Source: Podarcis gaigeae (taxonomy: Eukaryota). Taken from it: a stretch of 64,000 bases of DNA. Every line of letters starts with the position of its first letter. The first letter of the stretch is position 1. Shown here piece by piece: positions 46,564 to 58,432 of the stretch. The stretch lies in NCBI GenBank assembly GCA_964106915.2, contig OZ066926.1. The stretch is one strand, 5' to 3'. The position numbers were made by a program, and so were the translations under genes. The notes beneath the pieces are model-generated. The model worked only from the letters and a program-made list of their open reading frames with translations. It was not told the origin of the DNA and did no database searches.

Positions 46564-46702
46564 CAGGCATAGGCAAACTCGGCCCTCCAGATGTTTTTTT
46601 CAGACTACAACTCCCATCATCCCTGACCACTGGTCCTGTTAGCTAGGGATGATGGGAGTTGTAGTCCCAAAACATCTGGAGGGCCTAGTTTGCCTATACC
46701 TG
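46564..46702. mobile_element. hAT-type palindromic MITE (same core, different termini)
   Basis: caggcataggcaaact...agtttgcctatacctg; perfect 8-bp TSD gtctagac. Confidence 0.85.
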
Positions 46703-48139
46703 GTCTAGACACACTGCTTGCCTAAGAAATTATGTATCAGTACTGTAAAAATGAGACTTTGTTATTTGATAGCACTAAAAAAAGCACCACCCAACCACAA
46801 CCCCATTTTTACCAACTACCAAAAGAAATCTAACAGCTCATTCCCCACCCCCACCATATGTCATTAAATAAAAGAAGCCTGAGTGGTTATTCTAGTTTTT
46901 AGGATACAAACTGCAATGCCTACTATACCACCATCCTTGCCTCACTACTCCAGGCATAAACCTCTTCACCAATCTTCACTTTTCAAGACACATTCCTTCC
47001 CACCCATCTTTTTACCAAAGGGGTTTCCATCTTTCACTGCACAATTTGCCTTACCAAATAGGTTTAAACAGGTTGACGAACTCCAAGCTGAGTCCCCACT
47101 CACAGGTCTCCATGTTGTTTGGGGCTCAGTATGGAGCAGCTGCAGCTGACTGCACTACCTCTGTGATCACCACAGATCGAGCTTCTTCTTCTAGCTGCCA
47201 CACACCTCAAGCAGGAATAGGAAATAGAACAGATACTGTTCCTCCCTCTTATGGGACCTAGCCTGAGTTATATCACCAGTGAAGATGGCAATCTGGACTC
47301 AGGCTGCAAGCTTCCAATTCTGCACTCCTTCTACACACTGGATAGAGAGGAATTGCATGCTTTGAAGAACAACATTTGCACAGCACCTCTCTTTCCCATT
47401 TTGTGTCAAGGCTTGGGTCCTGTCAAGCATGCTACTCCTTCATGAAAAGTCTGGAAATGAGAAATAGTAAACCTCGGCAAATTAATGGCTTACTTGGACT
47501 TCATAATTCCACTGTTTGAAGGGATGACTACCAGGTTTTATTTACAGGTTCTGATTAATCCTGTTTTACTTTTCATTACATTTGTCATATGGAGGGGAAC
47601 AAAATTTATGCTGTGATGACTTATAACTTTTCTTTTATTTCATATTGTGATGACATACAGTATAAAGCAATACATTTAAATGGATGGAAAAGGCATGGGG
47701 AGGGAAGGCAAAATGCCCCTTTTACACTTTTTTAAAGCAAATTATACAGAATATACAAGAATTGTTCAATGACATCAATACTGCACTTAAATATTACAAT
47801 GATATAAATACTAGAACAATCTCAAATGTTGCAACACACATTCCATGTACCAACAAGTAAATAGAAGTCTAGCCAAATATTATCACTACTTAACATACAT
47901 TCACTATATATATTCCTGGAATCATGTTTAAACCATTGGCATTGTTTAATTTCTTTTTAAAGTCGTCACCCATCTACAGTAAATTTACTTTAAAAAAACA
48001 CATGAATCTTCTTCTCTTTTAATTGATCTGATAAATTCGTGCTGGTCATGTCCAGCAAGGGCTCCTGATTCATAAGGGCTCGATCAAACCTCCATGTTCA
48101 GGCGCAGTATACCTGGAGTACTAGGAGCATGAGAAAGAG

Positions 48140-49040
48140 GGAGAGTCCGTCACCTTCCCGCCTTGCCTGCGGTTTTTTAAGGAGACATCTGGACGGCCGC
48201 TGCTACAAGCTGGATCCTGGACTCGATGAGCCCTTCGCCTGATCCAGGTGGGCTCCTTCTTCTCCTCCTCCTCCTCCAGGTGGGCTCCTTCTTCTTTCTT
48301 CTTCTTCATCGTCCTCCTCCGCTGCTCAACCCTCACCGCCACCCACTCTCACCGGGGCATAAAGGCAGCCCCCCACCCACAACACAGACCGACACGAACG
48401 ACCTCCCCCCCCCCCCCGCCATCTCTCGCATCCTCTTTCCCCTCCCCACAGGCTCGCCACGGGGCCCCCACTCACCTACTCATCCCAGCCACGTGCTGCT
48501 CGTCTCCCAGCTCCGTCCAGGAACGATGGGCGCCCTCGGGAAGACCCAGCGCGTACCCAAAACAACGGCGCCCTTCAGGAAGCCCATTTGCCGCCTTCTC
48601 GGGCCTTTTTTATTTATTTTTTAAAAGAAAGAAACGGATCGCGGCGGCTTTTGAAACCGAGGCACCAGAAGGAAACCCTCTCAGGGCCGAGGACTCAGAG
48701 GACGGGACGTTGTCCCGTCACTCCAGCCGCCCCGGAAGTGGCTACAGCAGTACTTCCTGTACAATACGATGGTGGGGTGGGGAGGGAGATCTCGCGCGGG
48801 TCTGTCTTACCCCGCCCGCGCGCCCGCAGGTCTGTGATGCAATCGGCTGTGCCTCGTGCCGAAAAAGGGGCGGGGCTTTAACACGCCACCCTCTGAGGTG
48901 GGGTTTTGTGAGGGGTTTTTTGAAAGCGCCCAACGGTTTATCTGGCTCGAGCCTCGCTCGCCGTTCTTTTCTCGCTGTCAGCGTAGTTCGCGCTCAGTTA
49001 GGCAGGCAAAGGCAGCCAGGCGTAGTCGAGGCCTAAGGCC
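48140..49040. promoter_or_regulatory. CpG-island promoter of SLC25A39 (possibly bidirectional)
   Basis: CpG-dense; ETS/GABP motif CCGGAAGTG 48732-48740, opposed ETS tacttcctgt 48751-48760, GC box ggggcggggc ~48867-48876. Confidence 0.75.
48476..48760 (-). other. SLC25A39: Probable non-coding exon 1 of SLC25A39 (5' boundary approximate)
   Basis: Consensus donor TAG|GTGAGT at 48476/48475 inside the CpG island, downstream of ETS and GC-box motifs; other donors exist nearby, so the boundary is inferred. Confidence 0.5.
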
Positions 49041-49372
49041 CAGCACTTGGTGGTTTCTCCTCAGCCTTGCACGGCTCATAGTTCTCACTTAGCCCTCCCT
49101 CTCTCGAAATGCTTTCTCCTCAGCACTTCTTCCATATTTTTATGCAGGCTCTACAACACTTTTATGCCCCCCTATTTCACTTGGAGGGGAACCATAACTC
49201 CTCGCCAGCACACACTCTTCAGTTGAAGGCAGCTTCTGTATTACATTTTCATTCTGCCTTCGCCTTCTCCAGAGCTTGGGATGGTCTATGCAGCCTCACC
49301 TTTTTATTCCCAAAGCAATCCTGTGAGGTAGGGTCAGACTTGGACTTTAGGTTTTTAAAAAAATCTCCAGAA

Positions 49373-52300
49373 CTGGACATTGCACCCACCAGACTGCTTT
49401 TGACTTTGCTTTTTTATATCCGCACCACTTTCTCCTCTGGTAAATAGGTTTTGCTGAGGTGGGGATTTTTGGAACTCCCTGGACCATCACGCGTGTGTGG
49501 ACAAAATGTATAGAATCAGGGAACCAACCAACAGGGCCTGCCCAAGGCATTTTGGCAGCTGAGGCCAAATAACAATATGGTGCCCCCAACCTGCCAGGGA
49601 GGAAGGGGTGAGTGAAGACCTACATCAGAAACAAAGGGCCGGGGAATGCAGATCTACACTGATAACAAGGCAGGAGTGAAGATCCACAGCGGAAACGGGC
49701 AGGGGATGTCAAATCAACCTTACATGATGGTTGAAGTGGGTGGGTGCAGAGCTCAGGAGACCCCAGAGGGCAGCCATCGCTATTTCCTCCCTAGGGGTGG
49801 GAGGAGATCAGCAGTGCCTCCTATTCCTCAAGAGGCTGCTGCAGAGGCAGCATGGGGAGGGGGGCTGCCAAGGAGGTTGCCGATCCAGACTCCAAAGAGT
49901 GTGCTGCATTCACTGCTGTCACTTGTGGCTGGAGGCGATGCATTCCTTGGAGGCTGGATACTGCCGCCTGAGGTGGTCAGCTCACCTGGCCTAATGGGTG
50001 GGCTGGCCACAGGAACCAATGCCTCTGTTAAAACACTTTTCACCTCTCAAAAGCTCATCTTTCTAGCCTCATGAAATACTAGGGCTCATATTCCAAAACA
50101 CTCATTTAGGTTCATGGAACTCTTACTGTGAAGTTCACTTCTACACAGCTTCAAATTCACATTGCACTTGTTGAGGCACCCTTTTTCCTTACACCTGCTT
50201 ACCCATTTGCCACTCTTTGACCTCGCTACAGTATATTCCTTTGCAGTGACACTCAGACTCACCATTCATGCTGCTTCAATTTCAGCTCATACAGTTGGGG
50301 GTCATGCTCATTTGTATGAAATATGTTTGCTCCTATGCTGAGATTATCTTCACTTCCCTCACTAGAGAACATCTGTTTATATTCTGGCACACTACAAAGA
50401 GCCTCATCTCTCTCACTCTGTAAGACACAGCCTTACAGAGCTAAGGTAAAGGTACCCCTGACCATTAGGTCCAGTCGTGACCGACTCTGGGGTTGCGGCG
50501 CTCATCTCGCTCTATGGGCTGAGGGAGCCGGCGTTTGTCCGCAGACAGCTTCCGGGTCATGTGGCTAGCATGACAAAGCCGCTTCTGGTGAACCAGAGCA
50601 GCGCACGGAAATGCCGTTTACCTTCCTGCCGGAGCAGTTCCTATTGATCTACTTGCACTTTGACGTGCTTTCGAACCGCAAGGTTAGCAGGAGCAGAGAC
50701 CGAGCCACGGGAGCTCACCCCGTTACGGGGATTCGAACTGCCGACCTTCTGATCAGCTTACAGAGCTAGTTGTCGCTATATTTTATTTTTCTATTTAAAG
50801 TAATTTATATCCTCTCTGCTCTCAAGAGATCAGAGTGGCACACATTAAAATCAGTAAAAACAATATGAACACCACAACAAAACTCACAGCAGCCCAGATA
50901 TCTAGGATGGCTCAAAAACCTGATAAAAAAGAAAATAAAAGTTTTGACTGCCCTAATTGCAAGTAGTGAAGGAATCATAGAGAACTCCTGGGGAAGGAAG
51001 TTCCAGAGGAGTTGGGGATACCATATCAAAGGACTTCTCACGCTCTTAACAGAAACTCACTGTAAATGTGCTGAGGCTTGTACTTCTGTTAAATACTTGC
51101 TGTCTCCACACCAATCACCTCACACTCCTATGGCTTTCATAATTTATTTACACTCTTCCTTTACAGAATGTGAGCTCACTCTTAAACTGCGTGATGAAAA
51201 GATGTTTCAGCTAAGACTGGTAAGTCAAAGTTATTCTCATGTGCAACATTTGTGTACCCTTCTACGGTTCACAGTTTTCTGCACTTGAGCCAACAACCTT
51301 CAGATAACTGATATTCCAATGTTCTGCAGATAAGCCTGTTGTTTCAGTTATTTTAACCTTTTCCCAAGTGCCTTTGGCCCATATATGAAACTGGGAGTGC
51401 GGTTAGGACAGTTCACCGGAAGTCCTATGTAAACTGTTGGGAAGTATCTCTACTTATTAGTTTGTCACAACACATTGTTCTAGGTTATGTAACAAAGCAG
51501 ATGCTTAACAGACCTAAGTTATTTCCTTAATAAAGAAACTTGTTTGACCTTTTTAGCAGTCTTTTTTTCTACAGAATCCCATCTTATAGCTATATTGCCA
51601 CAGAATTGGAGGGAATCCCAAAACCCCATTTAGTCTAATCTCAAACTCACTAAAGGTAAAGGTACCCCTAACCATTAGGTCCAGTCACGGATGACTCTGG
51701 GGTTGTGCGCTCATCTCGTTCTATTGGCTAAGGGAGCCGGCGTTTGTCCACAGACAGCTTCCGGGTTATGTGGCCAGCATAACTAAGCCATTTCTGGCAA
51801 ACCAGAGCAGCGCACAGAAACTCACTACTGTACAGAAAATTCAGCAAGCGTCACAAGTTAGGATAATGATTTCAGACCTGTATGTACTACTCTTTTTATT
51901 TGAAAGACTGTAATGTTACACTTACAAATTAAGAGTACATAGTCAACATCTTATTCATAAAATTTATTAATCCCTTTTTCAAAAAAAACTCTTAAAGCAG
52001 TGCACAAATAAAATTGTAGATAGAGCACAATTAAAACCAACAAACCAACTAAAAATAAATATACATAAAACAATCACTTTAAAATAAATATAAAATCAAT
52101 AAGTATTTAAACCCAGTGTCATAGCCTGCACTGGACAAAGTACTTGGACACAGATTTTGTTTTTTAATTAAAAAAAAAACATTGTTCAAATCAGTATGGT
52201 ACATAAGCAAAGCATGGGTCACCAGCACAGCAGGTGCACGGCAAGGTTAGCAAGCTGAAACGTTGATCCAACAGCTGACATGCCCCCTGGGCTCCTATTA

Positions 52301-55300
52301 TAAAAGCATAGGGCAAGCACAGCTTCTGCATAGTGAGTGGAATGTGCCTTTAGATTGAGCAAGCAAGCAAGCAGGCACTCTTTCTGGTGGGCTGAACATG
52401 AGCTGTCTGTTCACACTGGTGCTGGAATCTTTGTGTCCTATGTGACAGGATCCTGACAGTACTGCCTCAGATCCAGAATCGGAATCAAATGTTGCCTTGG
52501 TGGGCAGAGAGGCAGAGGCTGTGGGAGGCAAAGGCTCCAGTGGTACAGGAGGCATGGCAGGCAGGGGCTAGCCTTGGAGTCAAAAGTGGGTGTGTGACTG
52601 AAATGGGGCATTGGGATGACAACCCACTGGGAGCCCAGGATCAGATTCCTCGTCTGCATTTTAGCTCCCAGAGCTCTTAGATTATTGTTGCAGCCCCATG
52701 CAGCTTTCCCAATCCAGCATAATCAATAGGCTTCTCCTACCCCTTGCCCTGATCTAAGCAGCCCCTCCAAGGTGTCTCCCCAGGACTGATTACATCAAAT
52801 CTAGGTACATAAATTATATGTCTGAGTAAGTTTGATGAAACTATTTTGCCACATTACCATTGAAAAACTAATCCGTCCACTAAGTATTTACTTTTAACAG
52901 GCAAGGCTTACTATTTCAAGTTATCCCCAGAACACTTCCACATAAGTTGTTAAATTCAACATCAGATGACGATAAGGATCCACGTAGTGCATCATTATTT
53001 GCAAGTATCTCAGCAACCAGCAACTTGCAAGTCAGTACAGTGGTACCTTGGGTTAAGTACTTAATTCGTTCCGGAGGTCTGTTCTTAACCTGAAACTGTT
53101 CTTAACCTGAAGCACCACTTTAGCTAATGGGGCCTCCCACTGCCGCCGCGCCACCAGAGCACAATTTATGTTCTCATCCTGAAGCAAAGTTCTTAACCCG
53201 AGGTAATATTTATGGGTTAGTGGAGTCTGTAACCTGAAGCATATGTAACCTGAAGCGTATGTAACCCGAGGTACCACTGTAGCCCATTCACGGATGGTGG
53301 TCTGACTTCTGACAACAAAAGTACTGGTAGCTTGATTCTATCTGCTATACTTCAGGAGCTGCTATGTTTATTATAGACAGCTATAACCGGGGGGGGGGGG
53401 GGGGAGGGAGTTTAATTGCTATATACTGATACTGGATAGAACATAGTATCCCAATAATATACTTTAGTGATGGGTGGCCATCTGGTTAATAACTGAAGGC
53501 TTTACTGTAAATATATAATGAACCATAGTGTATGTGGTTAACAAAAATGCATATCACTGACATAATTTGCATATTGGATAACTGTATGCTACACTAGATT
53601 AAATTTAGTTGTAGGAGATCCATGTTCCAATATCTGCTGATACCTAAAGTTCATAGAGGAGCCTTGGAATAGCCTGTCTCATAAGGTTGTTAAGAGGCTA
53701 AAGGGAATAACAATGGGGCTATTGTATCATTTCTTGAAGCACTATGGAACTTGAATGTTTGGAGCCAAAGAAAATTGTTAAGATTTGAAATATTAAACAC
53801 TTCAATAATGAATTCCTAGCAGCTATGAATTCAATTAAACTATATTCCCACTGCTGCTTTTTGTATCAGGAGTGGCAGGGCTGGTTCTAAAGTAACCTGG
53901 TCTTGGTTCTGTTCCTACATGTGGGGGTGGAAGGGCAACACACTGTCCATCATACTGACACTGTTGAGAATTTGTAGCAGGTTTCATGTTTCAAATGGTA
54001 GCATTCAACTTTGAATTCACATTTACTCATATTTGGGAAACAAATTTTCTCACTAGCATCCTTGCTACAATGTGTTGTCAGTTTCTCTGTCTCCTCCTGC
54101 TTTTCATTCTAGTCCATCACCCGGTCAGTGAACTAATAAATACATGTTGGGTTTCTAACTTGTGTAACTTGAAATAATATATATTCTAATATAAGGGAAA
54201 TATTTGGCAAGGATCTTCTTTTTCTAAGTTCCCATTATTTAAAATTAATTGAAATACATTAGAGGGGGAGGACTCAAGCTGCCTAAATACATAAATTGCT
54301 GGGATCTGAGACAAGACTAGACATAGGCTACTTACTCCCTCAAATCATCTGTGTGAGACAAGTTTTTAATTTTTTTGCAGGTTCTGGACTTACACAGACT
54401 TTACAATTTTCTGTTATAAAAAATGAGGGATAATACCCCAAAAGGGGATTGTAAATACACCAATTGTGAGGTTAGCTGGCTAGCTGGCTGCTATGGTGAC
54501 AGAGATCATACGGATACCTTAGGCAGACAGTTCTGTCACAGACTCATTGTGGAACCTTAGGGGAGTCATTTAACCCTTTGTTTGTCCATCTGCACAATGG
54601 GGAAAGTGTTCCTTTCTGGTAATCAAGCGGGGGCTGTGTGTTATATTCAGCAGGTGTTCCTGCTACATTGAGTGCCATAGGGATGTTTGCTTTTTATAAA
54701 TAATAGCAATCAAGTGCTGCATAGCTACTGAGCAGGGTCCATATTGTCTGCAGGTTGACAGATACCTGGAAGCACTTTGGGAGAGTTTTCTGCACACCGA
54801 ACAAGAAAAACGTGATCTGCAGAACTGGAATTTGCCTTTGGAGAGTACAAAATCTGGGAAGAGTTTAAATGGTGAATCCCAGGGAAAAGTATTCAAAGGA
54901 ATCTTTTATAAGGTAATTAGAATAAATATTGGTATGCATGTTTATGTTGTTTAGCCTTGCAGATAATTGCAAAAAACGGGGGAGAATAATACCAATCCAC
55001 ATAGAGATACAGTATGTGTGTTGCAAGATCACTCATGTGATACATCTAGCAGCTCTGACTTAGAATAAATCATTACTTATCTGAGAGAGTGGTTAAATGC
55101 AAGACAAATGTAGGCTTTTTATATTAATGTAGTGGATTTCATTCAAGTTTAGAGGTTAGTGTTAACCTGTTGCTAACCACACAATGGATTCAAATGAACC
55201 CAAATATCTGTAGGATTTCCAGAACAGTATAGAAAGTATAATTGCAGAAAGAAAGAGAAGCATCAAATTATGCAGCCAGAAACATTATTTTAAAGATCTG

Positions 55301-55724
55301 ACTAACAGAGACATTAAGAGCAAGAAGGAGCTTGTAAAATGCATGTCTGGAAATACTTTATTTAATGTTCTGTGGTATTGGGTTTAACTATGGTCAGCAA
55401 CATTTAGTTATGAGCCAAAAGTGCCCACTGAAGTTTCATAGAATCCAACATACCATTGAGAAAAATTTTACTGGTTAAATCTCTGTGGGTTAGACGGCTG
55501 TTGAAGGCACAGAATCAGGGCTTAGAGAAAAAGATAGCAACCTTTATTTTAGTTTGTTTTATATGTGTCTTAAAGTACAAAAGATAGTTTTCTGTCTTTT
55601 AAGAGAAGTAATCACTCTTGTTGTATGCCCAAACATATATCAGACTAAAAATTGCCAGTGGTTGTGTCTTCTTCACAGGCATGGGGACCCCTACCTTTGT
55701 CTACTTCAGGATGAGTATGAATAA
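49373..55724 (+). CDS. Candidate unannotated multi-exon gene or pseudogene, possible secreted short-chain helical cytokine-like protein
   Basis: Phase-compatible open exons 49373(or 49109)-49439, 51167-51219, 54754-54912, 55214-55374, 55679-55724 with GT-AG boundaries; see findings. Confidence 0.35.
50444..50756 (-). mobile_element. Sauria SINE, 5'-truncated
   Basis: family match; 12-bp TSD cttacagagcta. Confidence 0.85.
51653..51817 (-). mobile_element. Sauria SINE, 5'-truncated
   Basis: family match; 10-bp TSD aaactcacta. Confidence 0.82.
53038..53279. mobile_element. Tigger-like MITE (same family)
   Basis: cagtggtacc...ggtaccactg TIRs, TA duplication. Confidence 0.85.
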
Positions 55725-56443
55725 GCACACCTAAGCACACCAAGTTGATCTCCTGAGAGTAATTCAAACTATTTACATATATTGCTGCAGGAACCAAATA
55801 GGTAGCTCCCCCCCCCCCCCAGTAACAAAAATGTGGCACAAAATATTATAGCTTTGGAGTGCAAAGGTTAAGTTATAAAGGGAAAATAAGCTTAATCTTT
55901 TGAACCAATGAACCTTTTTAAAGTCATGGAGGGACCCTAAATCAGACAAATCCTATGACTGTGGCAGAGAGTTGCTTGTAAGCAATATATCCTCTTCTGA
56001 GTAGTAGTACCCTTCCTGTGAAATGTCTTTAATAACGCTGTATTGATAATCTTGTATCATACTTTATAAGTTAGTGCTTCAAAACTTATGGTACCTATGA
56101 GTATGAATGTTAATTCTACCATGTGGCTGAAATACTTGGAAAATGCTTCTCCCAATTTAGTTCCCAGGGTATCAGCATATATTTTATCCAATGTTTTAAT
56201 GCTTCAAGTAGGATCCCCAAGTGCTGCTGATTAGGCAATTAAATATTTAGATGAAAGAATAAGTGCTTTTCTGAATCTATTTCAAGTGATTAATGCTAAT
56301 TGGATTTATAAGAAAAGTGTGTATATTCTAGGGAAGTAGTGCACAAGTATACTTGCCCTGTCTTGAATGCATTTCACAGGATACATTTTATATCCCTAAG
56401 GGTAGCTTGACTTCCACAATATTTTTATTTGGATTTGTACCTA

Positions 56444-56697
56444 GCTCCTGCCAACCTAGCAGTTTGAAAGCACGTCAAAGTGGAAGTAGATTAATAGGTA
56501 CTGCTCCGGTGGGAAGGTAAACAGCATTTCCATGCGCTGCTCTGGTTTTGCCAGAAGTGGCTTAGTCATGCTGGACCCGGAAAAACTGTCTGCGGACAAA
56601 CGCCAGCTCCCTCGGCCTGTAAAGCGAGATGAGCGCCGCAACCCCAGAGTCGTTTGCGACTGGACTTAACTGTCAGGGGTCCTTTACATTTACCTTT
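56444..56697 (+). mobile_element. Sauria SINE, 5'-truncated
   Basis: family match, ends ctttacatttaccttt. Confidence 0.8.
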
Positions 56698-57639
56698 AAA
56701 TCTCACAGACTCCAAGTAATTTCAAAGTAAATTTAAATATATACAACACACAATAATAAGCCACACCATTCTGTCTTCCACCTTGGCTCTTCTTTTCTCA
56801 CCCACGGCAGAGCCCTTTCCCTGGTCTCAGTTACATCGTCACTAGCAGCCATTGATAGCCCTACCCTGCATCCACATGCTTGCTGACAGACATTTATTTC
56901 CTCCCCCAGTCAAGCCTCTATTCTTGCATGAGGTAGACACTGTGATGTCTCCATTAATATTTTACTTAGTATGTCATGGTTTCAGAACAATATCAAAGCC
57001 CTTCCAGAAATTCCCACTGATGCCTGCTCTTTTGCCTTTTTACACTGAAGAACTCATGCCCTTTCTCTCATTGAAAAGAGGGGTAGGCCCCTACAAATTG
57101 ATACTTTGTTCCTTATAATCCCAACCCTAATACCTTTTTGAATTCCATCAACTGAAAAAAATTATAACATCTCACTCACTAGTCCCATCTCATCAAACAG
57201 AACTTCAACTATAACTGCCAAACTGCCTTTGGCAGTCACCCTCAGACTGTGGAATAACCAGCTGCATATAAGCAATATGCTTAAGTCTAATTAATACACT
57301 ACAGGGGTTAAGACCATAGAATTCTCCTTTAGTACCTATATTTTTGCTTGTATTCATTCAACTTGTTTTTATTATTGCTTGTTAGCTGCCCTGAGCCTGG
57401 TCTTGGCTGGGGAGGGCGGGGTATAAATAAAAATTATTATTATTATCACCAACAGAAAACAAATATGTCTAGCCTCAGGGAGTGATGGGGGATAGGGGAT
57501 AGGCAGGACATCTTGAGATGGTCGAAGGTTTTATGGGGATCCAGTGGTGTAAGGCCCCTAGTATGGACTATTATTCATTGGAACACACAGGTTTGAAGGG
57601 CAAACGTCTATGCACACTTACAAGGAAATAAGTCTTGTA

Positions 57640-57882
57640 CAGTCATACCTTGGAAATCAAACAGAATCTGTTCCAGAAGTCCACTCAACTTCCAAAACAT
57701 TCGGAAACTAAAATGTGGCTTCTGATTGGCTGCAGAAAGCTCCAATCGGAAGCTACAGAAGCCCCGTCGGACGTTCAGCTTCCAAAAATAGTTCGCAAAC
57801 CGGAACAGTCACTTCTGGGTTTGCGGCGTTCAGGAGCCAAAACGTTTGAGAACTAAGCTGTTTGAAAACCAAGGTACGACTG
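57640..57882. mobile_element. Tigger-like MITE, second family
   Basis: TIR cagtcataccttgg / ccaaggtacgactg, TA duplication. Confidence 0.8.
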
Positions 57883-57925
57883 TATATAGTAGGACATGTC
57901 CAAGCAAGTGTGCATAGAATTTGAC

Positions 57926-58432
57926 TAGGGATGTAAAAAGTTATTGATTTTCAGTCCATGTCGCATGCAGCGCTGTTCCTGTTCTGCTGCAGTTTGGCTT
58001 GCAACAAAAACGACATTATTAATGTCACTGTTCACTGCAGCAGAATTTTATGTAATTAATGTAATTAATTACATAACACTAGGGTTGCCATATTTAAAAA
58101 ACCATGACAGCTTAAAAGTTGTTGAGTGCCCGAAATTGTTGAGTGCCTGAAGTTGTTGAGCTTTTTTTAAGGAAAAGCTCTACAGTTTTTTTATGCATTT
58201 TCAACATGATTGTTGCCGGTATGGTGGCCCTATTACACAACGTATCTCTGCAAAGGAAATTTAATGCAAATAGGGGAAAACATAAATTACGTAATGTTTG
58301 GACTGAAGACAAGAACAGCAATGAATAGGAATTGTTTTTTCTGGATTGATTTGTTTTTTTTTGGACATGGGACAAATAAGCAGACATCAGTGATTGCAAT
58401 TTCTGTTTCTATCAGTGTTCTCTGATATCCCT
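57926..58432. mobile_element. Probable old hAT-like non-autonomous element
   Basis: termini tagggatgt / atatcccta; internal 17-bp tandem aagttgttgagtgcc x~3 (58116-58160); no TSD recognised. Confidence 0.4.

Noticed and set aside
48243-48295. Duplicated 21-mer tccaggtgggctccttcttct with 32-bp period; also a degenerate ~29-bp tandem at 49600-49715
   Set aside because: Short local duplications in low-complexity DNA; no regular repeat-spacer array (not CRISPR-like) and no functional signal.
48248-49036. 262-aa + strand ORF (and overlapping 132-aa ORF)
   Set aside because: Spans the GC-rich CpG island where stops are rare; low-complexity S/F/P/R content, non-ATG start, no recognisable domain.
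50444-51827. Apparently 3'-truncated SINEs with perfect TSDs
   Set aside because: The ACCTTT repeat marks the 3' tail, so these copies are on the - strand and are ordinary 5'-truncated insertions.
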